A stretch of DNA of 56,497 nucleotides, counting the filler, from Sphacelaria rigidula (Eukaryota), in the NCBI GenBank assembly GCA_964200075.2. It is 4 parts of 4 records of this genome, joined end to end, with 100 filler letters (N's around TTAATTAATTAA, not from the genome) between each part and the next. Parts side by side here need not be neighbours in the genome. Positions count along the whole stretch, not along the records: positions 1 to 14,054 come from CAXNAA020002484.1; positions 14,155 to 28,203 come from CAXNAA020002485.1; 2 more parts are not named here. One strand, given 5' to 3'. Of this stretch, positions 12,302-23,422 are shown piece after piece. Made by a program: the position numbers and the translations under genes. Below the pieces are notes generated by a model that made no database searches, had not been told where the DNA came from, and worked only from the letters and a program-made list of their open reading frames with translations. Position 1 is the stretch's first letter. Each line of letters opens with the position of its first letter.

Positions 12302-12396
12302 GCGTACAACACCGTGCGCTTGCCCAGGCATGTGCAGCAGATTTACCAGAATGCCCTCTATCAGAGTGCATCCTCACTTTCCTTCGTCTGCACTGT
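12302..12396 (+). CDS. Candidate upstream exon of the plus-strand uncharacterised gene
   Basis: AG acceptor, frame VQHRALAQACAADLPECPLSECILTFLRLHC, GTACGT donor. It looks helical and protein-like, but the join to 15547 is unproven. Confidence 0.3.
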
Positions 12397-13789
12397 GTAC
12401 GTGCGGTTCAACAGCACTGTCTGCACACAAGTTGTACAACTGTTGTCGAAGTAGATACACCATCTGTAAAAAGGACAAGAGGTGGTATATACCCTGCAAT
12501 ACGTACAAGAACGAAAAAATGGCTTCGGCAAAGAGGAGAAATCAACTCTTGCGACGAGAACGAAACCGGCTTGACGAAACTGGCTTCTTCAGACCATTCG
12601 AACATACATCACAAGCAGTTTCCAAGCGTAGGTCGCACACACAATTTTTTTCTAGTGGCAAAACAGATCGATCAGGGCGTCTCTTATCCTATCGAAAGAT
12701 ACTTGGTTTTGAAGAATAAACGCGGCGGAATCGATCCGGTGCCAATTTCTCCTCGTTTCACCCGGTTTGGGTCCGAGGGAATCTGCAGTAGCTAATCTGC
12801 AGGTGCTACTGTGAGAAAATGCGGTCGGCGTTAGCGACCAACCGCAACTAGTATACCCCTCACCTCGAAGTTCAAAGTGTGATAATAAATTACTTCATAC
12901 TGTGCCCGATGCAACTCCCGATAAATAGATAGATAGCCCAGACCGTGGGTTGAGAACATGTTGGGTATTTTGTCACTCGGTGTCGAACAGAATCAGCAGT
13001 CTGTTGATGTACAGATATGTAACGCCAGTCCCACGATCCTTCCACACGTCGGACAGCTCATGAGCTACAATACCTGAAATATCTAACCGAAAGGACTCTC
13101 AGATTTTTTGTCCAACAACACACAGCCACGTGAGCGAGAAAACTGGAGTGAATCAACCAGCAACACAACCAGCAACATTATTGACACGGACATATCAGAT
13201 CAAAGTTCACCATTCCGCCCGCTCATCCTCGCTAGCCGAAAAAAGAGATGGGACGCCCCTTGCCCTTTGACAGCGAGCATAGGTCGCCTGTTGGGTCGGC
13301 TTCATCACTACCTGAAAAAGTATGTACAACCCGTCAGATGAAGTGGAGTACCCCAATTTCAGGCCAACAATGAGAGCCGTTCAAAATTCCTGTTGCAAAC
13401 TCCACTTTGGGCCCTTCTCCATCGATCTACCCCCGTGAAAAGGGTTGAGCGGACGTTGACGCCTTGAAATGATTGCCTCTACTCGTCGAGACCGTTCTAT
13501 GGCAGCTTTGCATCTCCCGCTGGCCGCAGTTTTGGGTTTTTTGGCCAAACCAGGTCAAACACGGATTTTCAGTAAAAAACGGTCAGGTGATCAAAAACCA
13601 CCCCTGTTTTTGTTGAAAATCCGTGCGTGTTGAGCCAAGAATGAAAGTGAAGCCCGTGGGAAATGCGAAGTTGCCCTGTAACGGTCTCTACGAGTAGAGC
13701 AAGTCATTCCAAGGCGTACAACAACAAAGGAGGGCCAAAAAGGAAGAGTTATAACAAAATTTTGAACGGCTCCCCTTAGAGTCGGTTTC

Positions 13790-14050
13790 AAGGTGGGAAA
13801 TTTGGTGATTTCTTCGTAATTCGCGTTTTTTTGGCTCGCTTGCCACCGCCCACCCCCTTGGGGATCTGAAGATTCACTATCCCCTCCACATTCCGAGAAA
13901 AAATGAATCTGCATTCCATTTTGAGTGACTCGTGGGCTGGCCGATCATCGGGGGTCTTGCCGCTTGTCAGCCCAGATTCTGACTCGGTATTTTTGGTCGA
14001 TCGAGCCTGCCCCGCTCGTATTTGTGAGGAAACGATTTTTTTTTTGTTCC
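13790..14050 (+). repeat. Repeat homologous to the interior of the MITE at 53754-54302
   Basis: GTGATTTCTTCGT..., GGATCTGAAGAT..., TTGAGTGACT..., TCATCGGGGGTC..., TCAGCCCAGATTCT and GATCGAGCCTG are collinear with about 53790-54030. Cut by the scaffold gap. Confidence 0.7.
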
Positions 14051-14054
14051 ACCC

Positions 14055-14154
14055 NNNNNNNNNNNNNNNNNNNNNNNNNNNNNNNNNNNNNNNNNNNNTT
14101 AATTAATTAANNNNNNNNNNNNNNNNNNNNNNNNNNNNNNNNNNNNNNNNNNNN
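14055..14154. other. Assembly gap (44 N + TTAATTAATTAA + 44 N)
   Basis: An identical artificial spacer occurs at 28204-28303 and 42352-42451. Confidence 0.95.
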
Positions 14155-14184
14155 CCCCTTTCCCCCCCCCCCCCCCTTCCCGTC

Positions 14185-14223
14185 TAGGGCAAGCAACAAA
14201 TGAGTACCCCCCCCCCCCCCCCT
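14185..14223 (+). mobile_element. Minimal family A LINE 3' end
   Basis: TAGGGCAAGCAACAAATGAGTAC + C-run, preceded by another C-rich tract. Confidence 0.65.
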
Positions 14224-15120
14224 CGACGCGCGCCCTCCGCGAGGGAACAATTCAACGTTTCGGCACAAGAAGTCGTCCGAAAGTTTAGTACTTCGATATC
14301 TCGATTGATGTGCTTAGCCCGTTCGTTGTGTATATCTACAACAAGTACGGTGCATCCTCTGCGTCCTTCGCTTGACAATAATAGCAGGTGGCAACTAACC
14401 AGGACACTTGCCTACACTGTTGCACTAAACGCGACGTGGTCCATTCCACCTTTTTCGGCGATACCTACGTATGGCACTGTAGAATCCCGCTACAAACGGC
14501 TGCATTCAGGAGCAAAGCACTCTTGAGGCGCCCAAAGCATTCACCCGTCGGACATATCATGATCTATCTGAAACGACTAATCAAAGAAGACTCTCGAGTC
14601 CGTTGGTCCGAAAACACAAACTAGGTGACGGTGGAGTCAGAAAAGCCGAAGCGGAACCTTTGCACTTACCACTCGGCATGCTCAGCGTCCGGCGCTGTAA
14701 GGAGTAAACATGAAAAAGAGGGGCCAAATGATATTGAGAATAAGTAACTTTCAGACGGATAATGATCTGTCCGACATGTGAAAGCATTTGGCGTCTTACT
14801 GCCTCCGGAGTCAGGATGCCAGCAGCCACGCTTGAGTTTTAGCATGGGGCACCCGGTGCTTGAGATGAACCGAAGTCATTCATAATCACTTGAATGTATT
14901 TTCTTCACCGTAAAGCCCATACAGCGGCAACAACTACTTGATTTTAGACTGCAAATACCTAGTTGCTTGGGTCACGTGTTGGGCAACTGATTATTAGGAT
15001 TAAGGACAGTCAATCATGATCACTCGAATGCAGTGTATTGGTTCCTCATCCCATACTAGTACAAGCAGAACTTCGGCATACACAGGCTGGATAGTGATCC
15101 TCCTACACGTGAGGGGGGGG

Positions 15121-15189
15121 GCGTACTCATTTGTTGCTTGCCTTAGTCGTGCGACCATTGACCACGCATCCCTTTCGAGACGGAGCACT
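15121..15189 (-). mobile_element. Short family A LINE 3' end
   Basis: GCGTACTCATTTGTTGCTTGCCTTAGTCGTGCGACCATTGACCACGCATCCCTTTCGAGACGGAGCAC, with TGAGGGG on both sides (15110 and 15190) as a likely target duplication. Confidence 0.75.
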
Positions 15190-15546
15190 GAGGGGAGCAT
15201 GATATTCCCCGTATTCCATTTCTCCCCCTCCCCTTCCTTCCCTAAACCACCGAATTTAATCTTTAAGAGCTATGGTGCATTTTTTTCATCATTGCGGACT
15301 ACCCTCGATGTGATCTGTGTTCCTCTGTCGAAACCAAGGACATGCAGTACCCGTCCTACAAGGATGAGAATCATACCAAATAATTCATAGCGGACTGCAA
15401 AACGCCACAAAACTCCTCGTCTGGGCAGCAACTGCTTCCGCGCCAGCGCACATGGCTGCAGTAAAATCTCCTCAACTGTTTGACCGCTGCATTTGCACCC
15501 ACGTCTCTCGCCTTTCTTTTTGTGTGTTTCCCTGTACCCTGCGTAG

Positions 15547-16952
15547 GCATGCTTGGATCTTGTGTGCAACGCCCACATCTTCCGAAGGCAGTACCCGCAG
15601 GTGGAGATCTTCGCCCGCTTCCTTGAAGAGTTTTATGGCGAAAAGGAGCTGTGCTTCTTCCTGTAAGGATGCCCCCACGAGTCTGAACATTACGCCCAAA
15701 GAATATGGATGATTGTTAACAATCGTCACATTTTACTGAGTGCAAATGAGTTATTCTCGAGCAGTCAGGGACCAGCGTACTGGAGCGTGCCCGCCGTCTT
15801 GTGTGCTTTGTGCTACGGCAGTGCGATAGTTCATTTTTGTATGCCGTAAGCATGTCCGTTCAGGCTGACCGGCCACCAGGATGGAGCTCTCAAAGGGTAA
15901 CGATCGGTATACTGTGTCCTACATCCGGTCATTCAACGCCCTATTCTGCACCAGCGTGGGTCTTTTCCCACTGTATTCCGCCTTAGCGCCGCACATGTAT
16001 TCGACTCTTTCTTGACGGAAACAAAAGGGATGTAAAAGCCGAAGTGCAGCGAGTGACAAGGACCTTCTCCCGGCGAAAGAAATCGGTGAGTGATCCGTAG
16101 TTATCCCGAATTACACCGCCCGCGTGGCTACACATGGTGCGTCGAAATAAGCGCGTTTTCGTGATCGCATGTACCCTTCCCTGTTCTCGACGCTTTGACG
16201 TGCGTCCCTTAAAAGCGTGACGTGTCGCAATATACCAGGTCACTCGGTCGATTAATTGATCTAGTTGTCGGTGACCGTTATGCTTGTAAAACGCCGGGTA
16301 TATATCGTCGTGCACGACGATACGTTCACCAGCTGCCGCAGCGTTTGCGCACAAAGGTGCACCCGGAATCATTCACGTATCGAGCGAATCTCAAGCGTCG
16401 AGTCTTGTACGTCAAGATCCCTATAGGTCATCCCGTAACATTTTTTTTCCATGCAGGTGACGGACCTCGTGTGGATGAGCCACGCCGACTGTGTACGAGT
16501 GGCGAGGGCAGTGTTCCTGGACACAGCTACGTTATACTACAGGGACCTCATTGACACTGTCGAGAGCCAGGCGAGTGGCGGGCAAAAGCAGAAGGGCGTG
16601 CCCTCTGCCCGTCTTAGCGCAGATAACAAAATCAGTGTAGTAGCGCGGATCCCTTTGCAACCGAAATGTCTTTCTGAGATGCGCTGTTGAGTGAAGGGCG
16701 GGAGAGATCGTTTTTGTTTTTTGCAGAACGACCAGCTTCCGATCGCGTGTTGAATGATGATTATGCATTTTTTTTCCCGATGACGTGAGGCGACATAAAG
16801 CGCTTATAATGGTGACACTGCATTTCTTCGTTCGACGTGAGGCGGCATAAAGCACTCAGCACCTGACACGGCCAACCTTAGGGTTTTGGGGAATTGATAT
16901 TTACTTCACATCGTTTCATTGTGTATGTATCGAGGGTTTAACCCTCTTTTTT

Positions 16953-16988
<36 letters not shown>

Positions 16989-19900
16989 GCGCACCACGCT
17001 CTCGGTTCCACCTCATGTCACGCCAACCACCACCCTCCACCCTCGTTCACACCTGTACAACCCTTGAAGCAGCAAAAATTGTCACGTGCCCAATGAACGA
17101 ACGCAGATGGTACGCCCATCTAGACCGACGGACAGGAGGAAAATATCCACCTCTGACTTCCTGTATCTCGCCATGGTCTGCTTCACCTCGCCGGAGGAAC
17201 CCAGCGACCGCCATGGCCGCACTACTGCCGTGTCGAGATCCCGTCGCCCCCAATTTCACGAGGCCCCAGGCAGCAGGGGAAGGCGCGCGGGAGACGGCAG
17301 TAACCGCCGCAGCAGGGATCGGAGTTGGGACCGCAGCGATGCCGTCGGGAGAGATCTTGCGGATTCTCCTGATACCCACTCCTCACCACCCTGTGAATCG
17401 ATACCCGATCGTTGCTTGTGCCAGCGCGTAGCTTCCCACGCGAACGCCGACGGCAGTCGTCGGGAGCGACGTGAGGTGGATTGCCGTATGGGAGGATGTG
17501 AAGCCAGGTCGATGCGCAATGAAGGGGTGGTTGACGACGGCAGCGGCGGAGGCGGGGGTAGTCGAAGCAGCAGTTTTCCCCATGAGAGGAAAGACGACAA
17601 GGAATGCAGAGGGGTCATCGATGCTTGTGGTGGTGGTGGAGAGGGATGGAGCCGTAGCGGTACAGCCTTGCGAACAAATGCGATCGGGAGAGGTGATGAC
17701 ACGGAAAGAGACTTGGCGGCGGCGATCAGAAACGAATCAGGAGGTCGCAGTGGCGCTGCGGTAGCCTCCAAGTGCGGCGGAGTACAGGTTGGCGATGCGT
17801 GTGAGCAGGGATCGCGGGTGCCGACTGCGTCGGACGCAATGCCCAGGAGCCCGTCGGCGGTGCTGCACGTTGAGTCCGGCTTCTTGGAAATCGTGTGTCC
17901 GTCGACGCAGATCTCTTTCCCGGGGAAGAGGACGGTGCAGGACCGTGGCCCCAAGGATGCAGATGGTAATACTGCGAGACGACCAACACGATTATCGACG
18001 GAAGAAAAATCGGCGATGGGCAGGCGTGAAAAGGATGTGTTCAACACACGAAATCATGAAGACAAGAAGCGTGGGGCGGCGGTGCGGGGGGAAAACTCGT
18101 CCCGCCCTCAGCGTCATGTTGACGAGCTTAAAATCACAGGAGATGGTCGGGAGGGGACTGCAATTCCACACCTCGGGTCTGTTCTCTTCTCGGCCACTCC
18201 TGACGACTGTGATGGCACAAGCTGGAGGGAAACGCGGGAGCCGGGAGGGCAGAGCGAGGCAGGACCACGGTCAGCAGCGGGAGCCGGCGGCAGCGGCGAC
18301 TGCGGGCTGCCCTGTGGCTCAAGGGGAGCTGAAGTCGCAGGAATCAATCGATCTTTGTGTGTCGACGCCGATTTGACGTCTGTCGGGGAGCAATCATGCA
18401 GTACCTACGTGAGCGCTGAAGAGGGGGGCGGCGGATCGAGAGTCGGAGAAAGAGTGAGGACGGGTCCGACTTCAGGTGAGCGTGTAAGGTTTGGGGTGTT
18501 ACGATAGTGCTCGAGGGGGGGGGAGGGGGGGCTCAGCCGCGGCTCAATCTAGTACACCCCCTATACCGATTTATCGGTGGCGGCTGGGTATGCGCGTGCG
18601 ATTAGTGCAGTGTACTGTACTGCACTGTACTGGGTTTGCTTTCAAGTCAATCAAGCATCGTGTGACTGCCCACCCACTAGGCCATACCCGCCAGGGTATA
18701 ACCAGCACGTGACAATAGCGATGAGCAATGTGACCACGAACAAGGTAATCACTGTGGGCCACGTATTCCCAACACACGCCGCCACTGCACTCGCATCGCG
18801 CGGGGCGCACCCTCTGCCTGTGATGAGCATGATGCACAAGAGGTTCCTTCGTTGCATGGTGACTGTGTACCGCACTGTGCTACACTGTCGGTACTATAAA
18901 TAAATGTTCCACCGTAAGTGTAGAACTAAAACTACACGACTCTACTACTGTACTGCACTACTTGAATTCAGTAAAGTTTGTTTACCATACCAGGCGCCTC
19001 TTGAACCTCCGTACGATTTTTATTTGATTAAGAGTCAATTTTATTCCCTCGTATGCAGGGGACAATTTTGCGACACAGCGCGACACGCGCCGTCCCGCAA
19101 CGCGCTTTTTCTTAAATCTGCGCCTGGGCGCCGATTTGAACAAGACCCACACACGCTTTGTCTGGATACCAGTGTATCTACGCCCCCTGTGCTCGAGGTC
19201 TCAAGGTCTGCTTCCGTTGGGGTTAGGGGTAGGGGTAGGGGTATGTGGATGGGTTAGCCTGTGTTAAGATCCAAAAAACGCCCGAGATGGTAAAGCAGAC
19301 CTCTAGTTAGTGTGGACCTGCACATACATGTTATGTGTGTACATCCTGAGTGTCACGCCCGTCACAGTGACGTTCGCTTTGTTGCCTAACGACCACCTCC
19401 AGCAGACCTCTTTGTTCGCAAGAGGGCCACGGTTGCTAAAGGGTAAATGCAGCGGGAGATGTGAAAAGATATCTCGTTGGCCTTTCGCCGTAACAAACAC
19501 GATCGACTCTCAGGTCATCCCCCAGAAGTCGATGCAGACGCTTGCGTTTGGTCTGCGCTACCTGCGAGGGATTTCAGCAACCGCTGATGGAAAGATGGAA
19601 GACTGTAATACAGCATGGTATTCGCTGCGACAGTCAGATCGACGGATGGCTTGGCCGCCTCCCTACAGCAAAAGCGACGCTTTCGTCTGGCAAGTGGCGC
19701 CATCACAAACACATGTGTCTAACACCAGCAAGCTCCACTCACAACTGCCGCAGAACAAAGTACAATCCCCCTTATTGCCATCGCCCCCCTCCACTCCTCG
19801 AGTCTGACCCGGCGAAAACCCGGCGTGCTCCGTCCCGGCTTTGTAAAGGATGCGAGGTCAATGGTCTTATGACGATGGCATGCATGATCATGAGTACAAT

Positions 19901-22383
19901 ACACCCCCCTCCACTCCTCGACTACTACTGTGCAGACCCAAGGCTGAACGCACTCCTGGCAAACGGACCTTCGCCTCTCCCCGCGGCGCCATCGGTATTA
20001 CCGCCGCAGTCGTTTCCACCGGCAGTACCAAAGCCACCAAGGCGACCATCAACGATTGCTGCCGACATGACAACGCACCGGACGAGTGCTGAGCAAAGCC
20101 CACGCCGAGAGTCGACGTCCTCACTGTCAAGTCGGGGCCGATCGCCGGATGGTTGGAGGGGAGAGCAGTCGGGTTTTGGTTTCTTCGGTGGAGCAGCAAT
20201 GGCCAACATCGCCCCAAGAAGCTCGCGAAGGCGCGGCATCGCCACGGCGGCAACGGCACCTGCCGCGTCCGCAGACTCCCGACTTAGTGGTCGCGGAAGT
20301 TTGGATCATAGGAAGAGACAAGCTAGCACGACCGCGAGGGGTGGTGTATCTTCCTCGAGTAACATGAATGGGAGCGTTGTGAGGGACGATGTGAGTCCGT
20401 GGTGGAGATGTGTTTTTTCAGCCACCCAGAGAAGTCGGGTTCGTGTGTTTGTTCGTTTTTTCGAGCACGCTGCTGCGAGGATTTGCGCAGAGCACGCGGT
20501 TGGGAATATCATGTTATGATGCGTGTTTCAGTTTTATGTGTTTTTGTCGAACTAGACAACATACTGCCAGAGCTCGGTGTCTTTGAGGCGTTCTAACTTC
20601 GGGCCTTCGGGACTCTCGAAAACGGCGATGTAAGCGAGCGCGGTGTACCTAAGGTGACCTCTTTGCCTTACTTCTTGTCGGCTCACACATGACCTACCTT
20701 CGTCTCGACCAACAAATGACCCCCCGCCCTCCCACTCCGTCGCGATGGTGCACCAATTCTTCGGCTCGCTGGTGGTGTTTGACTCTACCTGTCCCCGTGC
20801 GCTCGACTCATGCTTGCTCAGTCAAGCGAAGATGATCAGAGCTTGGACATTCGCACCGATGTGCTCGCTCTGGCGACCGAGTGGTTCTCCGAGTTCGAGC
20901 AGAGGTTTCTGCCGCTTCTTACTGCCAAGTGTGGGGCGGAGGCGGCCGCGGCGGCGACCGAATCGCGCGGCGAGGAGAAGACGCGAGCGCGGCAAAGGTT
21001 GACACCACGACCAATTTCTCGAATACTCTCTGAGGTAAGAATTCGGAGTAAAGCACGAGGTGTCCCTCCTATCGGAGGATGCTCTCCTGTTCGATCATGG
21101 GCTACCGCTGGACACCCATAGAGGAACGCCATTGACAGGGGGAGAGGAATATATGATAACAGTTTACCGGGGTAGAATTGCGTCCGCGACATAACCCTAC
21201 ACGGCACGCTGCTGTTGTCCGATGTGCGTGCTTCTGCTCCGCCTACGGTTGCTTTTCATGTATACCTTTCTCCAATCTCGTGTGCCCTCAACGTGCCCGG
21301 AACGACAGGAAATGGTGAGGATTCTCGCACTCCGGCGGCAAGATCTTCACGCTGTAGCGCGAAATTCACCGGACCTTCTGCATAATGCCGTCTCCGAGGC
21401 GTTCTGGACGGTCGATGTGAGTTCCTGGGTCACTTCATATTTTTTGCGCCACACATACACTGTAGTAGGTCTCGGCATAATGACACGTAAATGATGATGA
21501 CTGTGCCAGATATGGAAGCCGTCATCCACGGCTCTAGAGGGCCGTTAATTGTAGGTTTGTCGCACTATTTTCAGGAGGCGCAACTGGTTTTGGCGATGCA
21601 GTGTACATGCGTGCCGCGGATGAAAAGTTGGGAAATGCGGAGGCAGTGCGTGTGTTTCGCATAAGGAGTATGATAGGGCCTAGTACTCTTTGTAAGATTC
21701 AGGTGGAGGTATTTTTCGTTGAATGTGCGCCTGACACGGTCGTACACCCAGCATGATCTTCCTCTTCCGCCGTTGAATGACCCGCTCATTGCCGATATTG
21801 TTCTCACTCTTCGATTCCGTTCTCTCATCCCGCTCTTCTACCTCACACAAGGTTGATCGGTTTTCCTATAAAGAAAAGGCAACCCACGCATTCACCCTCC
21901 TCCTACCCACCAAACAACCTCCGAAATCTAATCCGGCGAGACGATGTAGGTATGCACATCGCATTTGATACGAGAGGAATACGTTGATGTGAGGAGTAGC
22001 ATGCCCTGTCAGCCCGCCTTGTGCAATAGAAAATTGGGGGCCGAGATCGTTGAACCGTCCAAACAAGTGTGCTCAAAGTAGCTACGCATGTTTGAAGAAA
22101 TAATCCCCTGCAAGAAAACGTGGACTGAAATCTTGAAGGTAAGCGCCCCTGCCCGGTACCACGAGCCAGCTTCGGACGCTCCAGAGGATGTGGTCTATTG
22201 CTTAACCGCTAAGGCACGAGAGACTGAGTACTCCCCCTTTCATGCGGATATGTTTTTTTTTCAAGTTACCCGGAAATCGCAAAATATTTGGCTTTCTGAT
22301 TACACCGCAACTTCAGCATACCTTTGGTCGTGAAGTGATCCATGCTTCCTTAGGCCGCTTTGTCTCCGTACATCTTTCAGTAA
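15547..22383 (+). CDS. Multi-exon gene, uncharacterised protein: helical N-terminal domain, long disordered middle, helical C-terminal part
   Basis: Exons with splice sites: 15547-15662 (ACLDLVCNAHIFRRQYPQVEIFARFLEEFYGEKELCFFL), 15987-16085, 16457-16570 (GC donor), 17107-18475, 19936-20390, 20822-21034, 21309-21416, 22082-22138, 22354-22383. Phases are compatible from 15987 onward, but the 15662-15987 join is not resolved. The 5' end is unknown. Confidence 0.65.
16954..16986. repeat. (CA)n microsatellite
   Basis: Intronic cacacaca tract. Confidence 0.9.
19100..19256 (-). repeat. Family C repeat copy
   Basis: Reverse complement of the 4470 and 6229 unit: GGCGCCGATTTGA...CACACGCTTTGTCT...TTGGGGTTAGGGGTAGGGGTAGGGGT. 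Confidence 0.6.
19802..19903 (+). mobile_element. 5'-truncated family B retroposon with an 18-bp target-site duplication
   Basis: CCCCCCTCCACTCCTCGA at 19784-19801 and 19904-19921 flanks ...GGATGCGAGGTCAATGGTC...GATCATGAGTAC; homologous to the 3' end of 22731-23240. Confidence 0.8.
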
Positions 22384-22730
22384 ATGTTCTCTCCGACGAA
22401 AGCAAGACCGTAGGCAAAACGTTTCTCCCCTTACAGGATGAGGGTTATTGTGAGGTACGGGGGCAGTAAAACAAAGCAGTGTCATGATCTAAATAACAGC
22501 CTCGTGAGGAAGGGTTAGCTGAAGTCGCAGTATGATCGTGTTTCTGCGGGGAAATGGCGCGTGTGTATGTGCGTGTGTATAACTGTAAACGCGTTGTGTA
22601 TTGAACTAAGTGAATAAGGAGGAAATCTTCTCGTGAGATTAAACATGGGTAGCAACTTTTATCTCGGGATGTGCAATCAAATTTGCGGTAGCCACACGAC
22701 CGAAAAACTGTCATTTCCCATTCTCGTCTC

Positions 22731-23241
22731 CCCCTCTCTTTAAGGGTCGGTGTCGGTCGGCAACGACGATGTGAAACACGACACCCACAGCGTTAGCTAG
22801 GCAACCAGGTTGCCTCTTTTTTCGTCGCGTGCGTTTCTTTTGCGGTAACCATGATGGTGCGCGAGTTAGATTATATTGGTTGGGGTGGGAGAACCTCAAC
22901 TCCGCGTAAAGGGGGGTGATCGTACTACATAGTGTTGAAATGGCGAGACACCAGAAACGCAGCGTGTAACCCGTGGCTGTCTCTGAAAGTGGCGATACCA
23001 CAAAATGAAGTAACTCATTCGAGGCTATCATCCATATGCAAGATAATCAGTACGCTTCGGGGCAAACAATCTTACCAGGCTACAGATCACCCTTCATGGT
23101 ACTCGCCAAGCACATCGCGGCGCTTCGCGCTTGGTGATTGATTGCGAACCTGGTCCGGCGAAAACCCGACGTTCTCCGTTCCGCCTTTGTAGGGATGCGA
23201 GATCAATACTCTCATGACTACGGCGCGCAAGATCATGAGTA
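22731..23241 (+). mobile_element. About 510-bp non-coding retroposon, family B (SINE-like)
   Basis: Collinear with the reverse complement of 41800-42307 and with 56349-56497. Ends GATCATGAGTAC + C-rich tract; no sustained ORF. Confidence 0.7.
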
Positions 23242-23422
23242 CCCCCCCCCTCCCCTCCCCCCTCCCCCCGCCCCCTCGGCTCTTTCCTTACGTGCGCCTG
23301 CCCTGCCGTGGGCACTCTGTATCCCCCTTTCCATCCCACGTACGCATGACCTCCCAATACAAACAACACTACGCTGCCCCGTTTGGGCGACCGAACCGTG
23401 CGTAGAGGGCGGTTTCCAACAG

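Noticed and set aside
7600-13320. Candidate minus-strand exons (about 8214-8442, 9713-9833, 10409-10480, 13208-13310) for the SWI3-like 5' end
   Set aside because: Plausible splice sites but no recognisable motif and no consistent phase chain; needs RNA-seq.
14099-14110. TTAATTAATTAA motif occurring three times
   Set aside because: Centred in identical N-runs; an artificial scaffolding linker, not biology.
15472-16372. Minus-strand ORFs considered as SWI3/SMARCC N-terminal exons
   Set aside because: Plus-strand frames here have better splice sites and a more convincing protein; the resemblance to the SMARCC N-terminus was weak.
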